Positions 10,499 to 19,674 of a stretch of 64,000 nt of DNA are shown one piece after another. The DNA is from an uncultured Methanosarcinales archaeon (lineage in GTDB: Archaea; Nanobdellota; Nanobdellia; Woesearchaeales; GW2011-AR9). A program made the position numbers and the translations under genes. The stretch covers positions 13,739-77,738 of the forward strand of contig CAZRZP010000002.1 of NCBI GenBank assembly GCA_964604645.1, given 5' to 3'. How positions within the stretch are numbered: the first letter of the stretch is position 1; each line of letters begins with the position of its first letter. The notes below the pieces were generated by a model that did not search any database, was not told where the DNA came from, and saw only the letters and a list, made by a program, of their open reading frames with translations.

Positions 10499-11576
10499 AG
10501 GACAAGTTCAAGTTACTTTTAATTGGGTTTATGTATTAGTTGCTGGTGCTATTATACTTTTATTCTTTGCTGGTCTAGTTATTAGACAGAAAGCTGTATC
10601 TGAACAGAAGTTAAGTATTGATTTAACACAGACGATGGAATCTATCTTTACTGCTGCTGGAGTTTCTGAAAAAACTAAAAATTTTATTGACATTTCTGGT
10701 TTATCGGATAAAGTTTTAGAATTTAGTTGTTCAGATGGAGTAAGTGAATTTGGTCTTCAAGAAAGTCCAAGTAGAATTAGGAATGCTTTAGATCCGTTAT
10801 TTGCTCCAAGAAGTATTAAAGCTCCAAGATTGATATTATGGAGTCTTCCATATAAAATCCCCTATAAAATTATTGATTTTTTGTTTGTTACTTCTTCTAC
10901 AACAAAAATATTTTTTGTGGATAGTGCAACACCAGATCCGTTTGTTGATGAATTTACAAAAGCAACTGCAGACACCAACCCTTTACTTCAAATTAATAGA
11001 GCGACGGTCCAAAGTTTAAACGAAATATTACCTGAAAAGAATTATCATTTGAAAATTGTTTTTTTTGATTCTCCAACATTAACTCTTCCACCAAATTTAG
11101 TGCCGATGCTTGACTCGGCCATTACAGCGGTAAATATTAAAGGCGATGAAATTAGTTTTTATAAAAAGAAAGGTAGCAAGTTTGTTTTAGATGGAACTAC
11201 AAAGTTAGTCTCTTTACCTGCTAAATTAGGTGAAACTTCTAAAAATGATGCAGCCAAATATGCAGCAATTTTTGCACATGATAAAGAGATGTATGAATGT
11301 AATATGCAAAAAGCATTTAGAAGATTTAAGATAATTAATGAAGTATATGGGAATAAACTCGGTTTAATGATAAAGAAGTATAAAGATAGTAAGGATATTT
11401 GTGGACCTTTATTGGAAGAAGGTGTAAAACCAAAATTTGGAAATTTAGTAAGTGCAGTTAACCTTTGTGTCGGTGGAGGGATAATGGATACATGTTCCTC
11501 TATCATAACACCAGCAATAGAATTAAGGACAGCAAATAATGAATTCATACTAAAAAGCTGTATCGGGTTATATTAA
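10488..11576 (+). CDS. Pilin-like secreted protein (class III signal peptide)
   Basis: MANKGQVQV + 20-aa hydrophobic helix; overlaps the upstream gene. Confidence 0.6.
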   Translation: MANKGQVQVTFNWVYVLVAGAIILLFFAGLVIRQKAVSEQKLSIDLTQTMESIFTAAGVSEKTKNFIDISGLSDKVLEFSCSDGVSEFGLQESPSRIRNALDPLFAPRSIKAPRLILWSLPYKIPYKIIDFLFVTSSTTKIFFVDSATPDPFVDEFTKATADTNPLLQINRATVQSLNEILPEKNYHLKIVFFDSPTLTLPPNLVPMLDSAITAVNIKGDEISFYKKKGSKFVLDGTTKLVSLPAKLGETSKNDAAKYAAIFAHDKEMYECNMQKAFRRFKIINEVYGNKLGLMIKKYKDSKDICGPLLEEGVKPKFGNLVSAVNLCVGGGIMDTCSSIITPAIELRTANNEFILKSCIGLY

Positions 11577-11578
11577 TA

Positions 11579-12094
11579 ATGTTGAAAAACAGATTTAAAC
11601 AAAAAAAAGGACAAGTACAGATGTCGGAGACAATTGCAGTCATGTTTATTTTCTTCATTTTAGTTGTTTTTGGATTAATTTTTTATTTTAAATTTTCTAC
11701 AATAGCAGCGCAGCAAGCGGAGGAAGAATTGTTTGGTCAGAAAGCAATTGATACAACTACAAAAGTTATTTTTTTACCTGAATTAATTTGTAGTGATGGT
11801 GAAGCTGAAACGCAAGATTTTTGTTTAGATATGATGAAATTGAAGAGCATGGATGCTGTTACAAAAAAACACTTGAGTGATTATTATTTTGATTTGTTTG
11901 GATACGCTAACATTTCGGTAACTCAAATTTATCCTGTACCAACCGATCAATCAACTTTTACAATTTATTCAAAAAAATTAGACTCATTTACTCGTAAAGA
12001 TCCGACTTTTTTTACAGTATCACTTAAAGATTATCTTACTGGAAGTCAACCAAGTTTTGGTTTAGGTTATGTAACGGTGGAGGTTTATTCTTGA
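11579..12094 (+). CDS. Pilin-like protein (class III signal peptide)
   Basis: KQKKGQVQMSE + hydrophobic helix. Confidence 0.6.
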   Translation: MLKNRFKQKKGQVQMSETIAVMFIFFILVVFGLIFYFKFSTIAAQQAEEELFGQKAIDTTTKVIFLPELICSDGEAETQDFCLDMMKLKSMDAVTKKHLSDYYFDLFGYANISVTQIYPVPTDQSTFTIYSKKLDSFTRKDPTFFTVSLKDYLTGSQPSFGLGYVTVEVYS

Positions 12095-12651
12095 AATTAA
12101 TAAAATCTAAGAAAGCACAGATGGAAATCATTGGTTTAGTTGTAATTGTAATTTTAATCTCTGTTGGTATGCTTTTTTTGACAAAATTCGCTTTACAAGA
12201 TGAACCGGATAAAAAGATTTTTACTAGAAAAGAATTAGCTGCAAGTACAATGGCGGCTTTAATGAAAGCTACTGCTCCTGATTGTAAAGGAAGTTTAACT
12301 TCTATTCCACAAGTTGAAAAACAATTATTGGAAGATTGTGCTGTTCTAAAACTAAATCCGGGAGCTGATTCTAATTATCAATGTACTTTAGGTAACGGTT
12401 TAGTCGATAGCTGTAATTATCTTAAAGCTAAACTTACTGAAATTCTTGAAACTACATTAGGCAAATGGGGTAAAAGCTATGAATTAAGAACGATTATTGT
12501 TAAAAAAGAAGGAACTTTGAAAGGAGATGAAGTTCTAACGATTGTTGGTAAAGATGGTTGCACGGCTAAAGAAAGAGATACTTCAGGTAATTTCTTCATA
12601 CCCTCAACGAAATTAGGGCTAATTCAAAGTGTTTTATACGTTTGTGAATAG
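12091..12651 (+). CDS. Pilin-like protein (class III signal peptide)
   Basis: KSKKAQMEIIGLVVIVILISV; ATGA overlap with the upstream gene. Confidence 0.6.
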   Translation: MKLIKSKKAQMEIIGLVVIVILISVGMLFLTKFALQDEPDKKIFTRKELAASTMAALMKATAPDCKGSLTSIPQVEKQLLEDCAVLKLNPGADSNYQCTLGNGLVDSCNYLKAKLTEILETTLGKWGKSYELRTIIVKKEGTLKGDEVLTIVGKDGCTAKERDTSGNFFIPSTKLGLIQSVLYVCE

Positions 12652-12679
12652 ATAAAACAACAGCAACATTTATATATGA

Positions 12680-12704
12680 TTTTTCTTTCTTTTCATTTAT
12701 AAGA
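12680..12704 (+). promoter_or_regulatory. Oligo-T tract followed by TATA-like box (atttataag) and GGTGA RBS in the only sizeable intergenic gap inside the pilin island
   Basis: tttttctttcttttc then atttataag ~30 nt upstream of ATG 12728; suggests an internal transcription boundary. Confidence 0.35.
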
Positions 12705-12727
12705 GTTAACTGGATAATAAGAGGTGA

Positions 12728-13069
12728 ATGATGATGAAAAAAGGTCAAGGTCTTTCTTTAAATGTAATAATAGTTGCTGCTCTTGCATTAATCGTTTTAG
12801 TTGTGCTAATTGCAGTCTTTACAGGGCGAATTGGATTATTTACTGAAGGGGTTAGTAAGGAAGCTGGTGCAGAATTAGCAAAGATGAAAATTACATATGG
12901 TGAATGTGAACCTACTACTGCTAAAGAATCAGATTTTATGAGCACTTACTCAAAAGCGGCTGATGATACGGCTAGAGGTACTGCGGCAGATGCTTATGAA
13001 AAAGAGATTGCTCGCTGTAAATCTTTTGACACAGAACAACTTTGTGGACAAGGCGCCTGCAAGTGGTGA
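12728..13069 (+). CDS. Small pilin-like protein (class III signal peptide)
   Basis: MMMKKGQGLS + hydrophobic helix; preceded by a GGTGA RBS and TATA-like box. Confidence 0.6.
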   Translation: MMMKKGQGLSLNVIIVAALALIVLVVLIAVFTGRIGLFTEGVSKEAGAELAKMKITYGECEPTTAKESDFMSTYSKAADDTARGTAADAYEKEIARCKSFDTEQLCGQGACKW

Positions 13070-13332
13070 TGATGAAGAAAGCTACTAGCCAGATGTTATG
13101 GGTTGTAGTTGGAGCGGTCATGGCTTTAGTTGTTTTGACTGTTTTATTATTTATTTTTACCAAAAATACCGGGAAAGTACAACTCGGCTTTGAAGATTGT
13201 GCAAGTAAATCCGGCCAATGTATAACAAAAGCTAAATGCAGTAATCAAGAAGGTCGGGTGATACCAACTTTTTCCTGCAATAATGATCCTGACGTTTCAG
13301 ATGATAATAAAAAAATCTGTTGTTTCCCATGA
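13069..13332 (+). CDS. Small pilin-like protein with Cys-rich C-terminus
   Basis: TGATG overlap; MMKKATSQM + hydrophobic helix; 7 Cys in the last 45 aa. Confidence 0.5.
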   Translation: MMKKATSQMLWVVVGAVMALVVLTVLLFIFTKNTGKVQLGFEDCASKSGQCITKAKCSNQEGRVIPTFSCNNDPDVSDDNKKICCFP

Positions 13333-13346
13333 GAGAAACTGTCGAA

Positions 13347-13421
13347 ATGATAGCAAAGTTAATCCTTCTGGCAGTCGGAGCGGGAGTGCTTTTCTTAATA
13401 ATTTGGCGACTAAATCCATAA
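13347..13421 (+). CDS. Possible 24-aa single-TM micropeptide
   Basis: ATG-initiated MIAKLILLAVGAGVLFLIIWRLNP lying between two pilin-like genes; too short to call with confidence. Confidence 0.2.
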   Translation: MIAKLILLAVGAGVLFLIIWRLNP

Positions 13422-13444
13422 AAGGAACGACCGCCGTTTCTAGT

Positions 13445-13552
13445 ATGTTAGTTTATCTACTGATAGCGGCAATTGTGTTGATTATCATATTTTTTTTAGT
13501 TGGAAGAAATGCAGATTTTGGTAAAAGTATCATTCAGGGGTTATTTAGCTGA
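13445..13552 (+). CDS. Possible 35-aa single-TM micropeptide, translationally coupled to the next gene
   Basis: MLVYLLIAAIVLIIIFFLVG...; its stop overlaps the ATG of the 13552 gene (TGATG). Confidence 0.25.
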   Translation: MLVYLLIAAIVLIIIFFLVGRNADFGKSIIQGLFS

Positions 13553-14313
13553 TGGGATTAGGTTCTGTACTGGTGGGGCTTATTGTTACTTTGCTATTGT
13601 TTAGTGTGATTTATTTTGGTTTCTTAGATTCAGATACTGGTGCAATTTTTTTAGCGGATGATGCTTACCGTCAGCAGCTAGAAAATGCTTTAGCTAAAGA
13701 AAAGAAAGAATTTCAAGTGAAGGAAAATACTGAACTTCTTGATAGGTTTGTTTCTGATATTAATAAAATGAAAGGTAAAAAAGCTTGTTTTGCAAGTTAT
13801 ACTCCATTTCCAGCTCTACAAAATAAAAAAATTGACATCAGTTACTCGAGTGGAAATACAAGAATTAGATTTTGGGATGGCAAACAATCAATTGCTAAAC
13901 AAGATTTAGACATAATTCCTTGTGTAATTGGAGGATCAGGTAGTGTAACAAAAAACTTTGATGATATTTATCTGAATAATAAAGATTGGAAAGAAAAAAT
14001 CAAACAAATTAATAGTAACCATTACACAATTGCCGGTCAAATTACCATTTCGGAGGATGACGGTGGAGTTTCAGGTTTAACAGAAAATAGAATTAATTAT
14101 GGTCATGGGGTAGTAGATTTTGAAGATGCAAACTACTTATACACGCCAGATGGAAAACATATATGTTTCTTTCCAACAGTAGATGGTGATGATACTTGTG
14201 ATGGTTTCCAACAAGAAGGGTTAGATGATGATTGTTTAGGGGAAGCCGATGTTTCTGACACTAACTCTATTCCAAGCCAATTAGCAGAAGGAAAATTAAA
14301 AAGATGTAGTTAA
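13552..14313 (+). CDS. Membrane-anchored secreted protein (pilin-like N-terminal helix)
   Basis: N-terminal hydrophobic helix MGLGSVLVGLIVTLLLFSVIYF; Asp/Cys-rich C-terminus. Confidence 0.5.
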   Translation: MGLGSVLVGLIVTLLLFSVIYFGFLDSDTGAIFLADDAYRQQLENALAKEKKEFQVKENTELLDRFVSDINKMKGKKACFASYTPFPALQNKKIDISYSSGNTRIRFWDGKQSIAKQDLDIIPCVIGGSGSVTKNFDDIYLNNKDWKEKIKQINSNHYTIAGQITISEDDGGVSGLTENRINYGHGVVDFEDANYLYTPDGKHICFFPTVDGDDTCDGFQQEGLDDDCLGEADVSDTNSIPSQLAEGKLKRCS

Positions 14314-14336
14314 CTATTAAAAAAACTATTAAAAAA

Positions 14337-15239
14337 ATGAAAAGACCTATCTCAAAAATAATTAGGACTAAAAAAGGGGGAGTTCCTTACACTTTAGTGA
14401 TTTTTATAGGTGTAATTCTAAGTGCAGGAGTTTTGTTATATTTAGTATCTTTAATTATATCTGGATTTGGGGAAAAATCAGTTGAAGAAGTTTGTCGCGG
14501 TAATGTAATTTTTAGAACGTCAGAGTTTTTTGGAGATCAACGTTTAGGTCCGCTTTTATGTCAAACCCAAAAAGTTGAGTTAAGGGGTAATAAGGAAACT
14601 GTTAAAGAACAGATAGCTGAACTGATGCGGAAATGTTGGTATATGTTTGATGAAGGGAAAAGTATTGACGCTTTAGATGGAGAATCAGTTAAGAAAGCAT
14701 TAGGTTGGGAAGATAACAAAAATGGTTGTTTTACTTGTTTCATTGCTGATACTGCTAAAATTGATGGTGGACCGATTTTACCTCACGAATTATTTACTTA
14801 CTTAGAAGATGTAGATCACCCAACTGCTAAAGGCTTAAAGTATTTAGATTATATCCAGTCTTACGGTGGCGATGGTGCGGTTCTAACATTAAGTCCAGTT
14901 ATGGATAATCAAGTTTATGGAATTTCATTTTTATCAAAATCAAAAGATGACAGTAAGTGGACTTGGGGTGACAGCGCAGCTACGGCAGCTTTGGTTACCG
15001 GCACTTTAGCAGTTAAAGCCGGAGTGGCTATTTGCGGGACAGTTATTGGCTGTCCAGTTGGTGTTATTGTTGGTGGTGCTGGTGCCGCAGTTACAGGACT
15101 TGGTTATTTAGCTACAGGAGCATATCATGATGCGAAAAATTTAATTTATGAAGAAGAAAGAGCTGTAAGTACAATTACTTTTGATACACTACAATCGATT
15201 GAAAGGGCTGGATGTGAACAAAAAGAGGGGATACGATGA
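14337..15239 (+). CDS. Pilin-like secreted protein with C-terminal Gly/Ala-rich hydrophobic segment
   Basis: RTKKGGVPYTLVIFIGVILSAGVLLYLV; C-terminal region GTVIGCPVGVIVGGAGAAVTGLGYLATG. Confidence 0.55.
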   Translation: MKRPISKIIRTKKGGVPYTLVIFIGVILSAGVLLYLVSLIISGFGEKSVEEVCRGNVIFRTSEFFGDQRLGPLLCQTQKVELRGNKETVKEQIAELMRKCWYMFDEGKSIDALDGESVKKALGWEDNKNGCFTCFIADTAKIDGGPILPHELFTYLEDVDHPTAKGLKYLDYIQSYGGDGAVLTLSPVMDNQVYGISFLSKSKDDSKWTWGDSAATAALVTGTLAVKAGVAICGTVIGCPVGVIVGGAGAAVTGLGYLATGAYHDAKNLIYEEERAVSTITFDTLQSIERAGCEQKEGIR

Positions 15240-16600
15240 AAAAAGGATTTATTGGCGGGAAAATAGTTGATTTGATAATAGCTTTACTTATTTTATTAGC
15301 ATTAGGAAGTTTCTTTTTTGATATTGAAGATATAAGAGGTTTTTTTGGAGAAACAGCTGCAAAAGTAAAACTAGATTGTGATGCAGATGGGGTTGGTTAT
15401 CCATTAGATAAATGTCCTTGTTTAGATGAAGGTAAAATCCGTAATTCAGATAGATCTCTATTGGGCTGTCCATCTGCCATAAAAAATTCTAAGGAAGCGG
15501 CAAAGGATAAAGATACTTGTTATAAATATGAGCATGACGGGAAATTTTTTGATAAATGTCAGGCAGATGATAAAACTGATTGTTTAACTAGATGTGAAGC
15601 AATGCATTTCAAAAGTGAAAAGGAAACTGAACAGAAATTAGCTGCTTTGGATACCGAGAGTGATTTAGTTATTTCTGATTTAAAAATAGATGGAAAGACG
15701 ATTGAGGAACATAACGGAAAATATAAGATTGATTTCAGCGGTGCCCCAGACAAACCAATAAATTTAGAGGGAAGTATAAGTAATTTAGGTACTGAAGCAG
15801 TTACAAGAACGTTCTTTTTGAAAATAAATATATGTGAACTTAAAACTAATGGTAGGTGTAAAACTAAAATAGTTTATAATAATGATTTTAGTGGAAATAA
15901 ACTAGCTTTTTCTGAAACTCTTGCACCAGGACACAAACAATCTTTTGATTTTCATACTCTTGTAGGCTACAAAGGAGATTATTGTGATAGCAAGAAAGAA
16001 AGCGAATGTATATTAGAATTAATTATAGACCCAGATAATGAAATTGGAGAGATAGGAGAAACTAATAATAAACAGAAATTAACTTTATCTGTAGAGAATC
16101 AATTAGTTTCAAATTCATTCAAGAGATTTCAGATTGAAATAATCAATGCCGGACCTAAAGATGGACCTCTAATACAAAGGTATTGTCCAATAGAATTAGG
16201 AGTACCAGACTATGCTGATTGCCTCTTGAAATTATCACAAGAATACCAGGGTGTTGATGGAGAATTTCCAAAAAATATCAGGAGCGATGGCAATTGTTGG
16301 GTGTTAAGTACTGATTTTGATGTTATTGATGAAGATGTTGGAGCGGGTGCATTTAAACAAGGTTATGTTATCAAGCATATCTCTAGTCAACATTTGAATC
16401 CATTTGAAATATATCACGAGACGGATGAAGATTCAAAAAATAATTTTATTGATCAAAGTAGAGTTTGGCAGGCAGATTCTAAAGGGGATTTAATTTGCAA
16501 TAAGAATTTTTGGAACTTATGCGATCAAGTCAATCAAGATCAAATTTTATTCATAGGAAGTACACCGTACACTTGTGATGGTAAGGAATGGAAACAATAA
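15236..16600 (+). CDS. Pilin-like large secreted protein (class III signal peptide)
   Basis: MKKGFIGGKIVDLIIALLILLALG; ATGA overlap with the upstream gene. Confidence 0.55.
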   Translation: MKKGFIGGKIVDLIIALLILLALGSFFFDIEDIRGFFGETAAKVKLDCDADGVGYPLDKCPCLDEGKIRNSDRSLLGCPSAIKNSKEAAKDKDTCYKYEHDGKFFDKCQADDKTDCLTRCEAMHFKSEKETEQKLAALDTESDLVISDLKIDGKTIEEHNGKYKIDFSGAPDKPINLEGSISNLGTEAVTRTFFLKINICELKTNGRCKTKIVYNNDFSGNKLAFSETLAPGHKQSFDFHTLVGYKGDYCDSKKESECILELIIDPDNEIGEIGETNNKQKLTLSVENQLVSNSFKRFQIEIINAGPKDGPLIQRYCPIELGVPDYADCLLKLSQEYQGVDGEFPKNIRSDGNCWVLSTDFDVIDEDVGAGAFKQGYVIKHISSQHLNPFEIYHETDEDSKNNFIDQSRVWQADSKGDLICNKNFWNLCDQVNQDQILFIGSTPYTCDGKEWKQ

Positions 16601-16603
16601 ACA

Positions 16604-17269
16604 ATGGGAAAAATTACCAAGCCAGGCAAAAGTAAAGGATTCATACTTTCAGCACAAGAATTAGTTGGTTTGGTAATTATAGTAATTATTATAGTATTTC
16701 TTACTTCGCTAGGTTCTAAATATTCTGAGTTATTTTTAGAAGATAATGCTGGTGAAAGAGATTTAAACAATTTTATGGATGAAGTTATTAAATTTTCAGA
16801 AAAAGCTAGAGATAATAGTGTGAAAGCTACGTCCATCCGTTTACCTGAAAAAACTGCGCTGTTTAGTATTTGGAGTAATTATAAAAATGAGGTGGTCCGT
16901 TGTTCAGACTTTGAAGAGCATTGGCTTAATCCAGGTGAGAAATGTAAAGGGGATTGTGTTTGTTTGTTAAGAGTTAAAAGTTCTGAATTTAGAGAAGCAG
17001 GTGGAGATACTGGAACTCAAAAAGGAATGGCTTGCGGTACACCAAAATCTGTAAAAGATATTACTCCAGAAGTGATTGCTTGTCGTGAAGTTCCGAATGA
17101 TTTCTTGTTTTATGGGGTTGATTGGGTAGCATGGGATAATTTTGCTGGTGATAGGGGTAAGAATTTAGCCATGAATTTTGTTAAAAAAAATAATACGGTT
17201 TATGTTTGTAAAAATCCGCCTTGTAATATTCCAGTTAATCCAATTAAACATCCTACTAAATCCAAATAA
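16604..17269 (+). CDS. Pilin-like secreted Cys-rich protein
   Basis: KSKGFILSAQELVGLVIIVIIIVFL. Confidence 0.5.
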   Translation: MGKITKPGKSKGFILSAQELVGLVIIVIIIVFLTSLGSKYSELFLEDNAGERDLNNFMDEVIKFSEKARDNSVKATSIRLPEKTALFSIWSNYKNEVVRCSDFEEHWLNPGEKCKGDCVCLLRVKSSEFREAGGDTGTQKGMACGTPKSVKDITPEVIACREVPNDFLFYGVDWVAWDNFAGDRGKNLAMNFVKKNNTVYVCKNPPCNIPVNPIKHPTKSK

Positions 17270-17270
17270 A

Positions 17271-17663
17271 ATGAATAAAAAAGCTTTTGAGATGAGTGCC
17301 ATCGCTATCGTTAAATTAGTGGCAGTAATGTTATTAGCAATGGTAGCTCTAAATATTGTTATTACTTTTGGAGGGAAGGATGCAGCTATAATTAAAACAA
17401 CAAGTGAAGATATCAGGATGATGGTAAATGTTCTTGCAGGAATTTCTGGAGATGCTGTTGTTAAATACCCTCAAGATCTTGCTGGATACAAGTTAGAATT
17501 GACTTCTGCTAGTATTTCAATAACTGCTGACGCAAGTCCTCATTACACTTTTTTTTCATTACCAGATAAATTTATTGCTAAAGGTAAGATAGAAAATACG
17601 AAAGAAGTTTGTTTATTCAAAAATAAACGCGAAATAGTTTTGAGTGGGTGTGCAAATGGATAG
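17271..17663 (+). CDS. Small pilin-like protein, MNKK family paralog
   Basis: MNKKAFEMSAIAIVKLVAVMLLAMVALNIV; the ORF-track start at 17178 overlaps the previous gene, so the start is placed at the internal MNKK ATG (17271). Confidence 0.5.
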   Translation: MNKKAFEMSAIAIVKLVAVMLLAMVALNIVITFGGKDAAIIKTTSEDIRMMVNVLAGISGDAVVKYPQDLAGYKLELTSASISITADASPHYTFFSLPDKFIAKGKIENTKEVCLFKNKREIVLSGCANG

Positions 17664-17672
17664 GTGTGGAAA

Positions 17673-18113
17673 ATGAATAAGAAGGGACAAACAACAACTT
17701 CAGAAATTGTACTCTGGACTTTTGTAATACTTATTTTTTCTTTTCTAATGATTCTTCTAACTTTTGGTGTATTATCTTTTCATAACAAATTAACTTTTGT
17801 TCCTACTCAAACAGCAGCTCAATTTACAACTTTCCGTTTTACTGAAAGTCCAGATTGTTTTCTTTATCCAAATTCAAAAATTATTGATTTAGCAGAATTT
17901 ACTAATGATAAATTAGCTAAATGTTATCAAACTGAACCAATTGGTGGATTAGATACGTTCAATTTTAGATTGAAGTTAGAGAAAGCTGATGTAGAAATTA
18001 CTACGGATAAATATCGTAATAAAGATGATTTCTCGATAATTAGGGATGTTGTTGTTAAAGATGGAGAGAAAGTAAGTAAAGATACGTTGATAATCTACGT
18101 TCAGGAAGTTTAA
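17673..18113 (+). CDS. Small pilin-like protein, MNKKGQ family paralog
   Basis: MNKKGQTTTSEIVLWTFVILIFSFLMILLTF. Confidence 0.6.
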   Translation: MNKKGQTTTSEIVLWTFVILIFSFLMILLTFGVLSFHNKLTFVPTQTAAQFTTFRFTESPDCFLYPNSKIIDLAEFTNDKLAKCYQTEPIGGLDTFNFRLKLEKADVEITTDKYRNKDDFSIIRDVVVKDGEKVSKDTLIIYVQEV

Positions 18114-18114
18114 A

Positions 18115-18537
18115 ATGAATAAGAAAGGACAGACAGCAAGCATAAATTTCTTTGATGTATTTTTATTGCTGTTGTTTAGTGTGATTTTTTTTGTATTGTT
18201 CCACTTTTCATTGGTTCTTCTGGAAAATAATCATGAAGTAAAAGCAGCTGAGAATACTGGAGATTTTTCAAAAATATTTTCTGCGATAACAAGTTTACGT
18301 AGCCAACTTTACACAGGAAAATTAAGTGTCGATACTAATCTACAACAAAGAATTCAAGAAAGTGAACTTATTGAAGGGGTTGTTATTACTTCCTGCTTTG
18401 ATTATCCTCGTAAGGATTTGTGTGAAGCAGATCCGCTTAATGTAGGGATAAAACAGATTGCAAAATGTAAATGGGACCGCAATATTTGTGATGAAATTTC
18501 ACAAGAACCAGTAATTCCACATGGTCCACTCAAATAA
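18115..18537 (+). CDS. Small pilin-like protein, MNKKGQ family paralog
   Basis: MNKKGQTASINFFDVFLLLLFSVIFFVLF; start context almost identical to that of the previous gene. Confidence 0.6.
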   Translation: MNKKGQTASINFFDVFLLLLFSVIFFVLFHFSLVLLENNHEVKAAENTGDFSKIFSAITSLRSQLYTGKLSVDTNLQQRIQESELIEGVVITSCFDYPRKDLCEADPLNVGIKQIAKCKWDRNICDEISQEPVIPHGPLK

Positions 18538-18539
18538 AA

Positions 18540-19586
18540 ATGAATAAAAAAGGCTTCGTATTTTGGGCAGGAGTGATTTTCATAGCGATTGCTTTCTTTA
18601 CTTTTATCAGTTTAACAAGTGATGAATTAAAAACAATGACTGTAACGGGAGAATGGCAAGCTGAGTTCATTAATTCTTTATACTTGCCGGCAGAAGAAAA
18701 ACAATTGAAAAATGAGATTGAAGTTATGCATCAAGCTCATCTTACCATAAAAGAATTAGCACAACAAGGTGGATTCATAAAAGCATCTAAATGTGGTAAA
18801 ACTACAGTTAATAAATGGAATTCTCCTAAAGAAGAATGTTTTCCGGATGTAAATGGCAATTTTGCTCAAACGATTAAAGGAAAAATAAACAAGAATTACA
18901 ATAATCTCAAATTTCAAGATGGACTTATGCTTGCAGAAGGACCAGTTGATTTAATAAAAAATAAATTAGGAAGCTATTCTTATAGTACTAGCTTGGCTTT
19001 ACCAATGAAGTATTCTTTAGATGAATATTTATTACTATTTTCAATTTCAAGGGAGTTAATTCAAAAATGTTCAGTGAAAGTACCGTTGCAAAGTTGTTTA
19101 AATGATAATAAACCAGCAAAATGGGATTATACTTCTTGTTCTTCACCCCAATTTTCTTCAGCTTCAAAAGTAATTCCTTTTTGTGTTGAATCTTCAACTG
19201 TAAAAGGTCCTATCTATTACCATTTTGCTTTAGACTTTTCATCAGATCAACCTCAACCTGTATTAACAGCAAATTTGAAGCAAGAATCGGGAAAAATTAT
19301 AATTAACTTTCAACATTCAGGAAATAAGTTTAAAGTATATTACACTGATGGAACTTATTTGAAAAACAAAAAAGGAAAAGTAGGAGAAATATTTAATCAA
19401 AAAATCGATGCATTTGGTTATTTCTGGGACTCAAAAGAATTTACTGTACCGATTTGTAATAAAGAAACCTGTGCTGTTTCCTTAAATCTGGAGGATGGGA
19501 AGATTCAAGGCGAAATATTAGTGGGAATCACTGAATTGAAAGAAGGAAAAGAAAGTTTAATTGATCAGTTACTTATAGTCAAATAG
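18540..19586 (+). CDS. Pilin-like secreted protein, MNKKG family paralog; last gene of the island
   Basis: MNKKGFVFWAGVIFIAIAFFTF. Confidence 0.55.
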   Translation: MNKKGFVFWAGVIFIAIAFFTFISLTSDELKTMTVTGEWQAEFINSLYLPAEEKQLKNEIEVMHQAHLTIKELAQQGGFIKASKCGKTTVNKWNSPKEECFPDVNGNFAQTIKGKINKNYNNLKFQDGLMLAEGPVDLIKNKLGSYSYSTSLALPMKYSLDEYLLLFSISRELIQKCSVKVPLQSCLNDNKPAKWDYTSCSSPQFSSASKVIPFCVESSTVKGPIYYHFALDFSSDQPQPVLTANLKQESGKIIINFQHSGNKFKVYYTDGTYLKNKKGKVGEIFNQKIDAFGYFWDSKEFTVPICNKETCAVSLNLEDGKIQGEILVGITELKEGKESLIDQLLIVK

Positions 19587-19633
19587 TACTTCTAACCAAG
19601 GAACCCCTTAATGTGTTCTCTACTATACAAATC

Positions 19634-19641
19634 CTTATAAT
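19634..19641 (+). promoter_or_regulatory. TATA-like box (cttataat) upstream of the RPA gene, with GGTGAGG RBS at 19665-19671
   Basis: AT-rich TATA-like motif about 35-40 nt upstream of the ATG; RBS 4 nt upstream of the ATG. Confidence 0.3.
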
Positions 19642-19674
19642 CTTTTTGAATGACTTTTTTAGTGGTGAGGTCCT

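Noticed and set aside
13283-13552. 89-aa ORF 13283-13552 as a single protein
   Set aside because: Its N-terminal half overlaps the end of the 13069-13332 gene in another frame and is hydrophilic junk; more plausibly two short single-TM micropeptides or non-coding.
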